Source: Alphaproteobacteria bacterium (GTDB lineage: Bacteria; Pseudomonadota; Alphaproteobacteria; Rs-D84). Taken from it: a DNA stretch of 64,000 nt. A model generated the notes under the pieces. That model had not been told where the DNA came from. It did no database searches and was given only the letters and a program-made list of their open reading frames with translations. Position numbers and translations under genes: made by a program. This document shows, piece after piece, positions 28,639 through 37,060 of this stretch; the first letter of the stretch is position 1, and each line of letters starts with the position of its first letter. The stretch covers positions 5,321 through 69,320 of the forward strand of contig JAFZXK010000019.1 of NCBI GenBank assembly GCA_017616785.1. The letters run 5' to 3'.

Positions 28639-30945
28639 ATGAAATGGACATTTGATTGGCTAAAAGATTATTTGAAAACGACGCTTTCTGCGGCGGAAAT
28701 TGCGGACCGGTTGACACAAATCGGATTAGAGGTCGAAGATTTATCGGCACCCCTGCCCCCGATTGCGGCAAAAATTGTCGAATGCAAACCCCATGAAAAC
28801 AGCGACCACCTGCATGTTCTTATGGTTGACGACGGTTCGGAAAATTTGCGTCAGGTTGTATGCGGTGCGCCAAATGTTCGCGTTGGTATGATATCTGCGC
28901 TGGCACGCCCGGGCTGTGTGATACAGGGGCACGAAATTCAAAGTGGAAAATTGCGTGGCGTTGTTTCCGACGGCATGATGTGCAGTGGGGAAGAACTTGG
29001 TGTAAATGACGATGATACGGGAATTATCGAATTACCAAGTAAAACAAAAATTGGTTCACCGGTCGTTGATTGTCCAACGGTCTTTGACGCGGGTATAACG
29101 CCGAATCGTCCGGATTATTTGGCGGTGCGCGGTGTTGCACGTGACCTTTCGGCGGCCGGTGCCGGCGAATATATTGAACCAAAAGATGATGCGTTTGCGG
29201 TGTCGGGCAATGCGCGCAAAGTAAACATTAAAACAGATAAATGTCGCGCATATAAACTTGCGGAAATTCACAATATAAAAATGGCACAAAGTAATTCAAC
29301 CGTGGCATCACGTTTGCGCGCAATCGGAATAAACCCAAAGAATGCGCCAATCGACGCAACAAATTATATCTGCTATGACATGGCGCAACCAATGCACTGC
29401 TTTGACGCGGACGAAATTCATGGCGATATAACGGTGCGCTTGGCGAACGATTGCGAAGAATTTACCGACCTGTTTGGAAACAAGCACGAATTGAAAAATA
29501 CAGACATAGTCATTACTGATGAAGATGGTGTTCTTGCGCTTGCCGGGGTTGTTGGTGGTGCGCGCGGTTGTACACATGATAAAACCAAAAATATAATTTT
29601 GGAAAGCGCATACTTTGACCCGGTCTGTGTTCGCAAAACATCAAAACGGCTATCGATATCGACCGACGCGTCGTATCGTTATGAACGTGGCATTGACCCA
29701 ACAATAACGGGCCCCGCATTAATGTGCGCGGTAAAGATTATTACCGATGTATGTGGTGGCACGGTTGCGGGATTTTCTGCGGCGGGAACGGATACGCCGA
29801 CCAATACCACTATTGAATTTACGCCTGATATTTTTGTTAAGAAAACTGGTATAGAAATGCCGGCCGCGGAAATGGAAAAAATATTAAAGAAACTTGGCTA
29901 TACGGGGAATTTTGGCGGAAAAAAGTGGAAAATTACGGCGCCAAGTTCACGCACTGATGTTCATATTCCGGAAACGGTGGTTGCGGATTTAATTCGTATC
30001 TATGGGTATGATAAAATCGCCCAAAACGATACGCACACAACGGGCGACGCGGTGCGCAGTGATAATTTTGATTTGCTGACCAAGAAAAAACTTGCGGCAC
30101 GGGGCCTTAACGAATGCCGTTCGTATGGTTTTGGAAATTCCAGAACAGAAGAAATTCTTTCCAATAAACCGTCTGTATACGTTGCAAATCCTATCATAGC
30201 GGACTTTGATACGGCGCGAAATTCGTTGCTCGGCATTTTGCTAAATGCTGTTTCGGAAAATGAAAAACGCGGGTATCCCGATTTGAATTTGTTCGAAATG
30301 GGAACGGTGTTCGATGGCGATAATCCGAACGAACAGCATACCGAAATCTGTATTGTTCGCACCGGTGTAACATCACCAAAACATTGGCAAAAGCGCAATC
30401 GGCCGGTTGATATATATGATGTAAAGGCGGATATTGTTTCGCTTTTGAACGGTCAAAACTTTACGATTGAAACTGATAACCCGCCACTTTGGGCACACCC
30501 GTACCGTTATGGTTGCATTATGCAGGGCAAAAAGAAACTCGGTGAATTCGGTGAACTGCACCCGATGGTCGCAAAAAAATTGAAAATCAAAACAAACGTG
30601 GTTATTGGTATTATAGATAATATCGATAACTTGCCGCGACGGGCTTTGCCACGCGGGCCGATTTCGATGGGTGAATTCCAACCGATAACGCGCGACTTTG
30701 CGTTTATTGTGCCGTCCGATTTCCCGGCGGAAAAATTGGTTGCGGCGGCGCGTTATGCGACAAACCCGGTATCACGTGTGGTTGTGTTTGATTCGTTTGA
30801 AATGCCGGACGGCAAAAAGTCCGTTGCATTCACGGTTACATTTACCCCACGTGAAAAAATGTCGGAAAGCGATTTAGCCAAACTGCACAGCGACATAATT
30901 GCGGCGGTCGAAAAGAAATGTCCCGCACATGTTCGCGATAAGTGA
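28639..30945 (+). CDS. pheT: phenylalanine--tRNA ligase beta subunit
   Basis: MKWTFDWLKDYL start, tRNA-binding and B3/4/B5 domains. 768 aa, following pheS. Confidence 0.93.
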   Translation: MKWTFDWLKDYLKTTLSAAEIADRLTQIGLEVEDLSAPLPPIAAKIVECKPHENSDHLHVLMVDDGSENLRQVVCGAPNVRVGMISALARPGCVIQGHEIQSGKLRGVVSDGMMCSGEELGVNDDDTGIIELPSKTKIGSPVVDCPTVFDAGITPNRPDYLAVRGVARDLSAAGAGEYIEPKDDAFAVSGNARKVNIKTDKCRAYKLAEIHNIKMAQSNSTVASRLRAIGINPKNAPIDATNYICYDMAQPMHCFDADEIHGDITVRLANDCEEFTDLFGNKHELKNTDIVITDEDGVLALAGVVGGARGCTHDKTKNIILESAYFDPVCVRKTSKRLSISTDASYRYERGIDPTITGPALMCAVKIITDVCGGTVAGFSAAGTDTPTNTTIEFTPDIFVKKTGIEMPAAEMEKILKKLGYTGNFGGKKWKITAPSSRTDVHIPETVVADLIRIYGYDKIAQNDTHTTGDAVRSDNFDLLTKKKLAARGLNECRSYGFGNSRTEEILSNKPSVYVANPIIADFDTARNSLLGILLNAVSENEKRGYPDLNLFEMGTVFDGDNPNEQHTEICIVRTGVTSPKHWQKRNRPVDIYDVKADIVSLLNGQNFTIETDNPPLWAHPYRYGCIMQGKKKLGEFGELHPMVAKKLKIKTNVVIGIIDNIDNLPRRALPRGPISMGEFQPITRDFAFIVPSDFPAEKLVAAARYATNPVSRVVVFDSFEMPDGKKSVAFTVTFTPREKMSESDLAKLHSDIIAAVEKKCPAHVRDK

Positions 30946-30994
30946 TCCCCTTCGCTGGCGAAGGGGTCCGGCGGAACCGCCGGGGGTAGTGGCG
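30945..30994 (+). repeat. GC-rich double-hairpin palindromic element (copy abutting the pheT stop)
   Basis: atccccttcgctggcgaaggggtccggcggaaccgccgggggtagtggcg. Near-identical to 36323-36374. Confidence 0.85.
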
Positions 30995-31049
30995 CGATGA
31001 TACTTTGAATCATCGTTTTTCCCGGCATTTTTGAACATTTTTATCATTT

Positions 31050-31073
31050 CGGCCGGCATTGCCGGCCTTTTTA
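31050..31073 (+). terminator. rho-independent terminator downstream of pheT
   Basis: ggccggc-att-gccggcc followed by ttttt. Confidence 0.7.
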
Positions 31074-31195
31074 TGCAAAATTTACAAAAAAGCCGGCTTT
31101 TTTGTTGCAAATTCCATTTTTTATGAAAAAATCATTTTTTTGTTGCAACTTCTACCACGTTTTTTAGTATGATACAAACAAAGAAGGAGTATAAA

Positions 31196-31666
31196 ATGAA
31201 AGCGATATTTGCAGAATCATCTAATGGTTATATGGCGCGTGGTCCAAAAGACGATATGTCATGGACACCGGGATTGGATAAAAAAATATTTAGTTTGTTA
31301 ACGGTATTCGATAGCGGTAAATGTGTATGTTCAAACAAAACTTATGCCCTGTTGCCACAGAAAATGCTTTCCGACCCTGCACGCAGGTATATCATTGCGG
31401 AAAAAACAGGGCCAAACTCTCTTGTTGCACTAAACCAGGTTTATCATGATGATGCGATTTTAATTGGCGGTCCAACAATCTTAAAAGAGGCATACAATTT
31501 AAGCATACTAAATACAATTGTTGTAACAACGGTAAAAACTGAAATTATGGCGGACCCAAAATACAAGAATCCATTGGCAGATGTGTTAAAAAATCCGGTA
31601 AAACGAATTGATTTTGGCGGCTTTGTAATAAGTGTATATAAAACGCAACACGGCAAAGAAAGATAA
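31196..31666 (+). CDS. dihydrofolate reductase-family (RibD C-terminal-like) protein
   Basis: MKAIFAESSNGYMARGPKDDMSW...ILIGGPTILKEAY pattern. AAGGAG lies 6 nt before the ATG at 31196. Tentative. Confidence 0.45.
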   Translation: MKAIFAESSNGYMARGPKDDMSWTPGLDKKIFSLLTVFDSGKCVCSNKTYALLPQKMLSDPARRYIIAEKTGPNSLVALNQVYHDDAILIGGPTILKEAYNLSILNTIVVTTVKTEIMADPKYKNPLADVLKNPVKRIDFGGFVISVYKTQHGKER

Positions 31667-31717
31667 TTAAAAACTTGAAAAACCAAATAATGTTATGTAA
31701 AGTGTGTGTCACGTAAC

Positions 31718-31793
31718 GCCGGTGTAGCTCAGTTGGTAGAGCATCTCATTCGTAATGAGGGGGTCGTAGGTTCAAGTCCTATCACCGGCACCA
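31718..31793 (+). tRNA. tRNA-Thr (CGU)
   Basis: GCCGGTGTAGCTCAGTTGGTAGAGC..., anticodon loop TTCGTAA, T-loop GGTTCAAGTCC, CCA encoded. Confidence 0.93.
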
Positions 31794-31799
31794 CAAAAT

Positions 31800-31844
31800 T
31801 TTGTTAGCCCATGCAAAAAAGCGTGGGCTTAAAAAATTTTAGTG
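31800..31844 (+). repeat. 44-45 bp direct repeat, copy 1 (contains hairpin agcccaYgc-aaaaaa-gcgtgggct)
   Basis: tttgttagcccatgcaaaaaagcgtgggcttaaaaaattttagtg. The second copy is at 31949-31992. Confidence 0.85.
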
Positions 31845-31948
31845 CCTCGGCGTAGCAATTGCGTTTATCGATAATTATCCGTTTGAAAACAGAGTTTGTT
31901 TTACCGAACTTACTCACTGGCGAAGACGGACAGAAATTCCAGATACTA

Positions 31949-31992
31949 TTTGTTAGCCCACGCAAAAAAGCGTGGGCTTAAAAAATTTAGTG
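31949..31992 (+). repeat. 44-45 bp direct repeat, copy 2
   Basis: tttgttagcccacgcaaaaaagcgtgggcttaaaaaatttagtg. One substitution and one 1-nt indel relative to copy 1. Confidence 0.85.
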
Positions 31993-31996
31993 TGTA

Positions 31997-32377
31997 TTAC
32001 TTAGAACGTAGTGCGCTGGACACCGCTGATGCAAGAACAGAGGTTCTTTTCATGTTTTCATAACGTTCTTGGGCGATTTCCGCCAAATAATGCGAAAGTT
32101 TGGGTGTTATCGGACAAATCTGTTCAATATTTGTTCCTTTTTTCTTTGAAATATATGCCGGTCCTGGAATTCCACCACACCAAACGGTTCCCGCAGATGA
32201 AAAATGAATAATATAATCATCAAAATTGCATCTTTGTGGGGTCGGTAATTGATGCACGGTCTGTTCAAAATAAGAAACACTGATAATGGTAGTATTCTGC
32301 AATGCGGTAACAATATAGCAAATGTTTTTCTTATTTATTTCTTGCTCTATGCTTTTTTCCATATTTTTTGTGTCCAT
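31997..32377 (-). CDS. hypothetical protein (ORFan, 126 aa)
   Basis: Open frame in an otherwise gene-free gap between tRNA-Thr and ileS. No domain recognised. Confidence 0.4.
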   Translation of the reverse strand: MDTKNMEKSIEQEINKKNICYIVTALQNTTIISVSYFEQTVHQLPTPQRCNFDDYIIHFSSAGTVWCGGIPGPAYISKKKGTNIEQICPITPKLSHYLAEIAQERYENMKRTSVLASAVSSALRSK

Positions 32378-32529
32378 TGCATTAATCCTTTTTTTTATAC
32401 TCTACATTAAATATGTACATTGTCAAAAAAATACTGGAAATTTTGTATTTTGTGTACTAAACTTGCCCCGTGATGAAAACAAAAGAGATAATTATTATAA
32501 GATAAACTGGCTATGCGCTTTGGCGATGG

Positions 32530-32556
32530 CCCGGGCGCAGGTGCGCCCGTTTTTTA
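32530..32556 (+). terminator. terminator-like hairpin plus T-run about 30 nt upstream of the ileS start (possible leader attenuator)
   Basis: cccgggcgc-aggt-gcgcccg followed by tttttt. No + strand gene lies upstream for it to terminate. Confidence 0.45.
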
Positions 32557-32584
32557 TGATAATCGCAAATAGGAGCAAACAAAA

Positions 32585-35500
32585 ATGGCATACCCAAAAA
32601 CAGAACCAAAGGCCGATTTTCCAAGTTTGGAACACGAAATAATGGAATTTTGGCGCGCCGACGATACTTTCCATAAAAGTTTGAATAAAACAAAACTTGG
32701 CCACCCGTTTACTTTTTATGATGGTCCACCGTTTGCAAACGGTTTGCCACATTGGGGGCATTTGGGTGTGTCCGCGGTCAAAGATATGGTTGCACGCTTT
32801 CAAACGATGCATGGAAAATATGTTGAACGCGCCCTTGGGTGGGATTGTCATGGATTACCGGCCGAAGCGTCCGTTGAAAAAAAACAAGGCCACACCGCCA
32901 AGGATATTGTTGGCTCTGATGGCATAGCCGCGTTTTGTGATATGTGTCGCGCCGATGTTATGACATATTCTAATGAGTGGTTGCGGTTTATCGAACGTGT
33001 TGGCCGTTGGGTTGACGGCGGCGACGGGTATGGATATCGCACAATGGATAAAAACTTTATGGAATCTGTAATATGGGCGATGAAGACATTATATGAAAAG
33101 GGTCTGCTTTATAAAGATTTCAAAGTGAATCCATTTGATTGGAAATTGGGAACGGTGCTTTCTAATTCCGAAGCGTCAAGTGAATATCAAGATATTGTCG
33201 ATGATACTGTAACTGTATGGTTTGAACTTGAAAATGGCGACCGCGCAATTGCATGGACAACAACGCCGTGGACTTTGCCGGCGAATTCGGCACTGGCGGT
33301 GAACAATAATATGAAATATGTTCGTATGAAACATGACGACGGTCATGTGTATATCTTGGCGGAATCGCGTTTGTCGGCATACGAAAAGATTTTTGCAAAC
33401 TCGGAAAACCTTGGAACGGTGATGGGATCTGAATTGGTCGGGTTGCATTATAAACCAATTTTCCCATACTATACGGATTTGGCAAAGAACGGTCACGGCC
33501 TGTATACGGTGATTTCCGGCGATTATGTGTCGGACAGTGATGGAACGGGTATTGTTCATATCGCGCCCGCATACGGTGAAGATGACTATATAGTGGCCAA
33601 GGCGATCGACCCACAATTTCCGGTTATATTAAATGTTGATGATTATGGAAACTTTGATTCGACGGTTACCGAATGGGCGGGTGAAAACATATTTGTTGCA
33701 AATCCAAAGATAATCGATTGGTTGCGCGCGAACGGAATATTGGTAAAAAAAGACCAACATAAACACAGTTATCCGTTTGGCCCGCGCAGCAAAGAAAAAC
33801 TTATCTATCGTGCAACGGACGCATGGTATGTTGATGTGCCAAAGATTCGCGACCGGTTGGTTGAAATAACGAAAAACGATACAACATGGACATCGGCGGG
33901 TAATCGATTTATGTCATGGATTGAAAACGCGCGTCCATGGGGAATTTCGCGCAATCGTTTTTGGGGCGTGCCTTTACCAATTTGGGAACGGGATGGTGAA
34001 TATAAAATATTTGGTTCGATTGCCGAAATGGAAGGATTCTTTGGCACAAAAATCGAAGATTTGCACCGTCCAACATTGGATGCGCTGACAAAGGACGGAT
34101 GGAAACGCATACCCGATGTCTTGGATTGTTGGTTTGAATCGGGTTCTATGCCGTTTGCGGCCCTGCACTATCCATTTGAAAACAAAGATATATTCGAAAA
34201 AACTTTCCCGGCGGACTATATTATCGAAGGTCAAGACCAAACACGCGGATGGTTTTATCATTTAATGATAATGTCTGTTGCGTTGTTTGATAAACCGGCG
34301 TTCCGTGTCGTGTCTGCAAACGGTATGGTTGTTGATGAAAACAAAAGAAAGTTTTCAAAATCACTTAGGAACTTTGTTGACCCAACACAGCAACTTGAAA
34401 CATACGGTGCGGACGCCGTTCGTCTGTTTATCTTGGGCAGCAATTTTATGAAGGCCGAACCGGTGCCAATCGATAAAGAAGGCAAAGTGTTCAATGAATC
34501 AATCAAGACGATTTTAACACCGCTTTGGAATGCATATCATTTCTTTACATTATATGCGAACGCGGCGAATATAACCGCACATGATGTTTCCGCCGCGCCG
34601 GCACGAAATGTCTTGGACCGGTATATTTTATCGGAAACAAATGTTTTGATTGGTGTTGTGGATAACGCATTGCGCGAATATAAACCAGATGTCGCAGTCA
34701 AAGAATTTGTTCGATTCCTTGATGTGCTAAACAATTGGTACATTCGTCGGTCGCGTGCGCGTTTTTGGGACGAAGATACGACAGCGTTCAACACGCTCTA
34801 TACGGTGCTTTGTACCGTATGCCGCGTTTTGGCCCCGCTTGCGCCATTTGTTACAGAATATATCTATAAAAATCTAACAGGTGCGGAATCTGTGCATTTG
34901 GAATCTTTCCCGACCGTCGGCGAATATGACGAAAAGATAGTTTCCGATATGCGTCGTGTTCAAGAAATTGTTTCGGTTGGAAAGCAACTGCGCGAACAAT
35001 ATAAATTGCGCAATCGGTTGCCACTGAATAAATTGACTGTTGCGGGTGGTGCGCCAATGACCGAATATACAAACATTATTCGCGATGAATTAAATGTAAA
35101 ATCGGTAGAATGGATTGATAATACCGCAAAGGTCGCCGACAGTTTCATATATTTAATCACACCGAAAATTGGCGCGCGCCTTGGTGGTGCTTTGCGCGAC
35201 ATCGTGCCAATGGTGAAACGCGGCGATTATGAACTGGTGGGTGATAAATTGATTGTTGGCGAATATACACTAAACGCGGACGAATTTGAAAATCGTTTGA
35301 ATATTCGCGAAGGTGTAACGGGAATGCCACTGCCGGATAATACCGCGGTTGTTGTGTTGGATACGGAACTAAATTCCGAACTTATCGCCGAAGGTTTGGC
35401 GAACGATGCATTGCGCTTTATCCAAGATACTCGCAAAGCGTTGGGTTTGGATGTTTCTGACCGAATCAATCTTATCTATACGGCGGATTTGGCGCTGTCT

Positions 35501-35629
35501 GGCGCGTTGGAACAACATAAAAAGCGCATAATGTCGGACGCGTTAATACGTGAAATGTCGCCGGGGCCGGCCGAACATTTTACGGAAATCGAAGGGTATA
35601 ACTTTGGAATCTCTATACAAAAGGTGTAA
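32585..35629 (+). CDS. ileS: isoleucine--tRNA ligase, type 2 (eukaryote-like)
   Basis: FYDGPPFANGLPHWGH (type-2 HIGH region) and KFSKS. 1014 aa without the C-terminal Zn-finger of type-1 IleRS. Confidence 0.93.
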   Translation: MAYPKTEPKADFPSLEHEIMEFWRADDTFHKSLNKTKLGHPFTFYDGPPFANGLPHWGHLGVSAVKDMVARFQTMHGKYVERALGWDCHGLPAEASVEKKQGHTAKDIVGSDGIAAFCDMCRADVMTYSNEWLRFIERVGRWVDGGDGYGYRTMDKNFMESVIWAMKTLYEKGLLYKDFKVNPFDWKLGTVLSNSEASSEYQDIVDDTVTVWFELENGDRAIAWTTTPWTLPANSALAVNNNMKYVRMKHDDGHVYILAESRLSAYEKIFANSENLGTVMGSELVGLHYKPIFPYYTDLAKNGHGLYTVISGDYVSDSDGTGIVHIAPAYGEDDYIVAKAIDPQFPVILNVDDYGNFDSTVTEWAGENIFVANPKIIDWLRANGILVKKDQHKHSYPFGPRSKEKLIYRATDAWYVDVPKIRDRLVEITKNDTTWTSAGNRFMSWIENARPWGISRNRFWGVPLPIWERDGEYKIFGSIAEMEGFFGTKIEDLHRPTLDALTKDGWKRIPDVLDCWFESGSMPFAALHYPFENKDIFEKTFPADYIIEGQDQTRGWFYHLMIMSVALFDKPAFRVVSANGMVVDENKRKFSKSLRNFVDPTQQLETYGADAVRLFILGSNFMKAEPVPIDKEGKVFNESIKTILTPLWNAYHFFTLYANAANITAHDVSAAPARNVLDRYILSETNVLIGVVDNALREYKPDVAVKEFVRFLDVLNNWYIRRSRARFWDEDTTAFNTLYTVLCTVCRVLAPLAPFVTEYIYKNLTGAESVHLESFPTVGEYDEKIVSDMRRVQEIVSVGKQLREQYKLRNRLPLNKLTVAGGAPMTEYTNIIRDELNVKSVEWIDNTAKVADSFIYLITPKIGARLGGALRDIVPMVKRGDYELVGDKLIVGEYTLNADEFENRLNIREGVTGMPLPDNTAVVVLDTELNSELIAEGLANDALRFIQDTRKALGLDVSDRINLIYTADLALSGALEQHKKRIMSDALIREMSPGPAEHFTEIEGYNFGISIQKV

Positions 35630-35632
35630 AAA

Positions 35633-36034
35633 ATGAAAGAAAATAAATTTTTGTTTTATGGTTGTGTAATTCTAACATTTGTGTGCGCAATGCTGTTGCT
35701 TTTCCGCGTTTCGATTCATACAAGTTTTTCTTATGAACCGACCGAAGAAGCATTAGAAGCCGCAGATTTGAACGAATTTTTCGTTGATGATTCTGAAAAA
35801 AGCGCCACTGCGGATGATTTTATTGAATGTTCATCGCGCTTTAAATCCCAGGTTTGGATGAGTGACACCGATAACGAAACAATCGAACGCTATCGCGCGG
35901 CGAACACGGTAACATGCAAATGCGAATTCGACGGCACAATAGTTGAAAGAACAAAAATGTATCAGTATTCATCTGAACAAGACGCGGCCGAATTGGATTG
36001 CAACAATAAATGCGTGGAAATTTGTGCTGAATAA
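35633..36034 (+). CDS. membrane-anchored cysteine-rich hypothetical protein
   Basis: N-terminal TM FLFYGCVILTFVCAMLLLF and C-terminal Cys cluster (CKCEFDG...CNNKCVEIC). 3-nt gaps to ileS and nth. Confidence 0.5.
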   Translation: MKENKFLFYGCVILTFVCAMLLLFRVSIHTSFSYEPTEEALEAADLNEFFVDDSEKSATADDFIECSSRFKSQVWMSDTDNETIERYRAANTVTCKCEFDGTIVERTKMYQYSSEQDAAELDCNNKCVEICAE

Positions 36035-36037
36035 AAG

Positions 36038-36715
36038 ATGATAACGCCGCGGGATTTTTTCGAAATTGTTCCGAAAAATCTGAATATGGAAATTCGTTCG
36101 GAATTGTATTCGACGAACGAATTTACCTTTGCGGTTGCGGTAATACTTTCGGCCCAGGCGACCGATAAAAAAGTGAACGAAGTTACACCCGCCCTATTCC
36201 GCGTTGCGCCGACACCACAAAAAATGTTGGAACTTGGAATCGACGGGCTAAAAAAATATATTCGTGTTATTTCTTTTTTCAATAACAAGGCAAAAAATAT
36301 AATCGCACTTTCAGAAAAGTTAATCCCCTTCGCTGGCGAAGGGGTGCCGGGCGGCGCCCGGCGGGGTAGTGGCGATTGGAAATTCCCGCAAAAATATCAC
36401 AATCGTGCGGAACTTGTAAAATTACCGGGCATCGGGCAAAAGACAGCAAATGTTATAACAAATGTTTTGTGGAATGCACCGAACATTGGTGTTGATACAC
36501 ATGTGTTTCGGCTTTCGCATCGGTACGGTTGGGTAACGGACGGCGCGAACACACCCGAAAAGGTCGAAAAGGAATTGTTGAAAAAAATTCCAAAAAAATA
36601 TCATGCAATAACAAATCACGTGATGGTCTTGTTCGGTCGATATACCTGCACGGCACTGCGCCCGAAATGTGAAAATTGCCCACTTTCCAAAATTTGCGAT
36701 TTTTATAAAGGATGA
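36038..36715 (+). CDS. nth: endonuclease III, carrying an in-frame repeat insertion
   Basis: LSAQATD, HhH LPGIGQKTANV, VDTHVFR, and 4Fe-4S cluster CTALRPKCENCPLSKIC. Confidence 0.9.
   Translation: MITPRDFFEIVPKNLNMEIRSELYSTNEFTFAVAVILSAQATDKKVNEVTPALFRVAPTPQKMLELGIDGLKKYIRVISFFNNKAKNIIALSEKLIPFAGEGVPGGARRGSGDWKFPQKYHNRAELVKLPGIGQKTANVITNVLWNAPNIGVDTHVFRLSHRYGWVTDGANTPEKVEKELLKKIPKKYHAITNHVMVLFGRYTCTALRPKCENCPLSKICDFYKG
36323..36374 (+). repeat. GC-rich double-hairpin palindromic element inserted in-frame in nth
   Basis: atccccttcgctggcgaaggggtgccgggcggcgcccggcggggtagtggcg, translated as IPFAGEGVPGGARRGSG. Paralogous to 30945-30994. Confidence 0.85.
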
Positions 36716-36723
36716 TTTTATTA

Positions 36724-37050
36724 TCATTTAACCATGTATGGGTCTGTATATGGCCGGTTATAAAGTTTATTTTGGGCGGCAACATACATATCGTATAAAT
36801 TATTCTTAACGTTTTCAATTGAATTGCAATAATCAAGTAATTCATCTCTTTCAAAAACAAATATTCTGATGCAAGATACACTAAAATTCTTACGGGCTTT
36901 TTGTTCTTCGTAAATTATCGTATGTGACCCAAAAATATAGTATGCGCGATAAATTTTGTGCGATAAAAGGTGTTTTTTATCACTGTTCCCAGTGACGATG
37001 TTATTGTGCAACGCAATATAGAAATCGTGCTTCTGATTTTCTGACATCAT
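36724..37050 (-). CDS. hypothetical protein (108 aa)
   Basis: Open frame 10 nt downstream of mnmG on the same strand. No domain recognised. Confidence 0.45.
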   Translation of the reverse strand: MMSENQKHDFYIALHNNIVTGNSDKKHLLSHKIYRAYYIFGSHTIIYEEQKARKNFSVSCIRIFVFERDELLDYCNSIENVKNNLYDMYVAAQNKLYNRPYTDPYMVK

Positions 37051-37060
37051 TTTAAATTCC

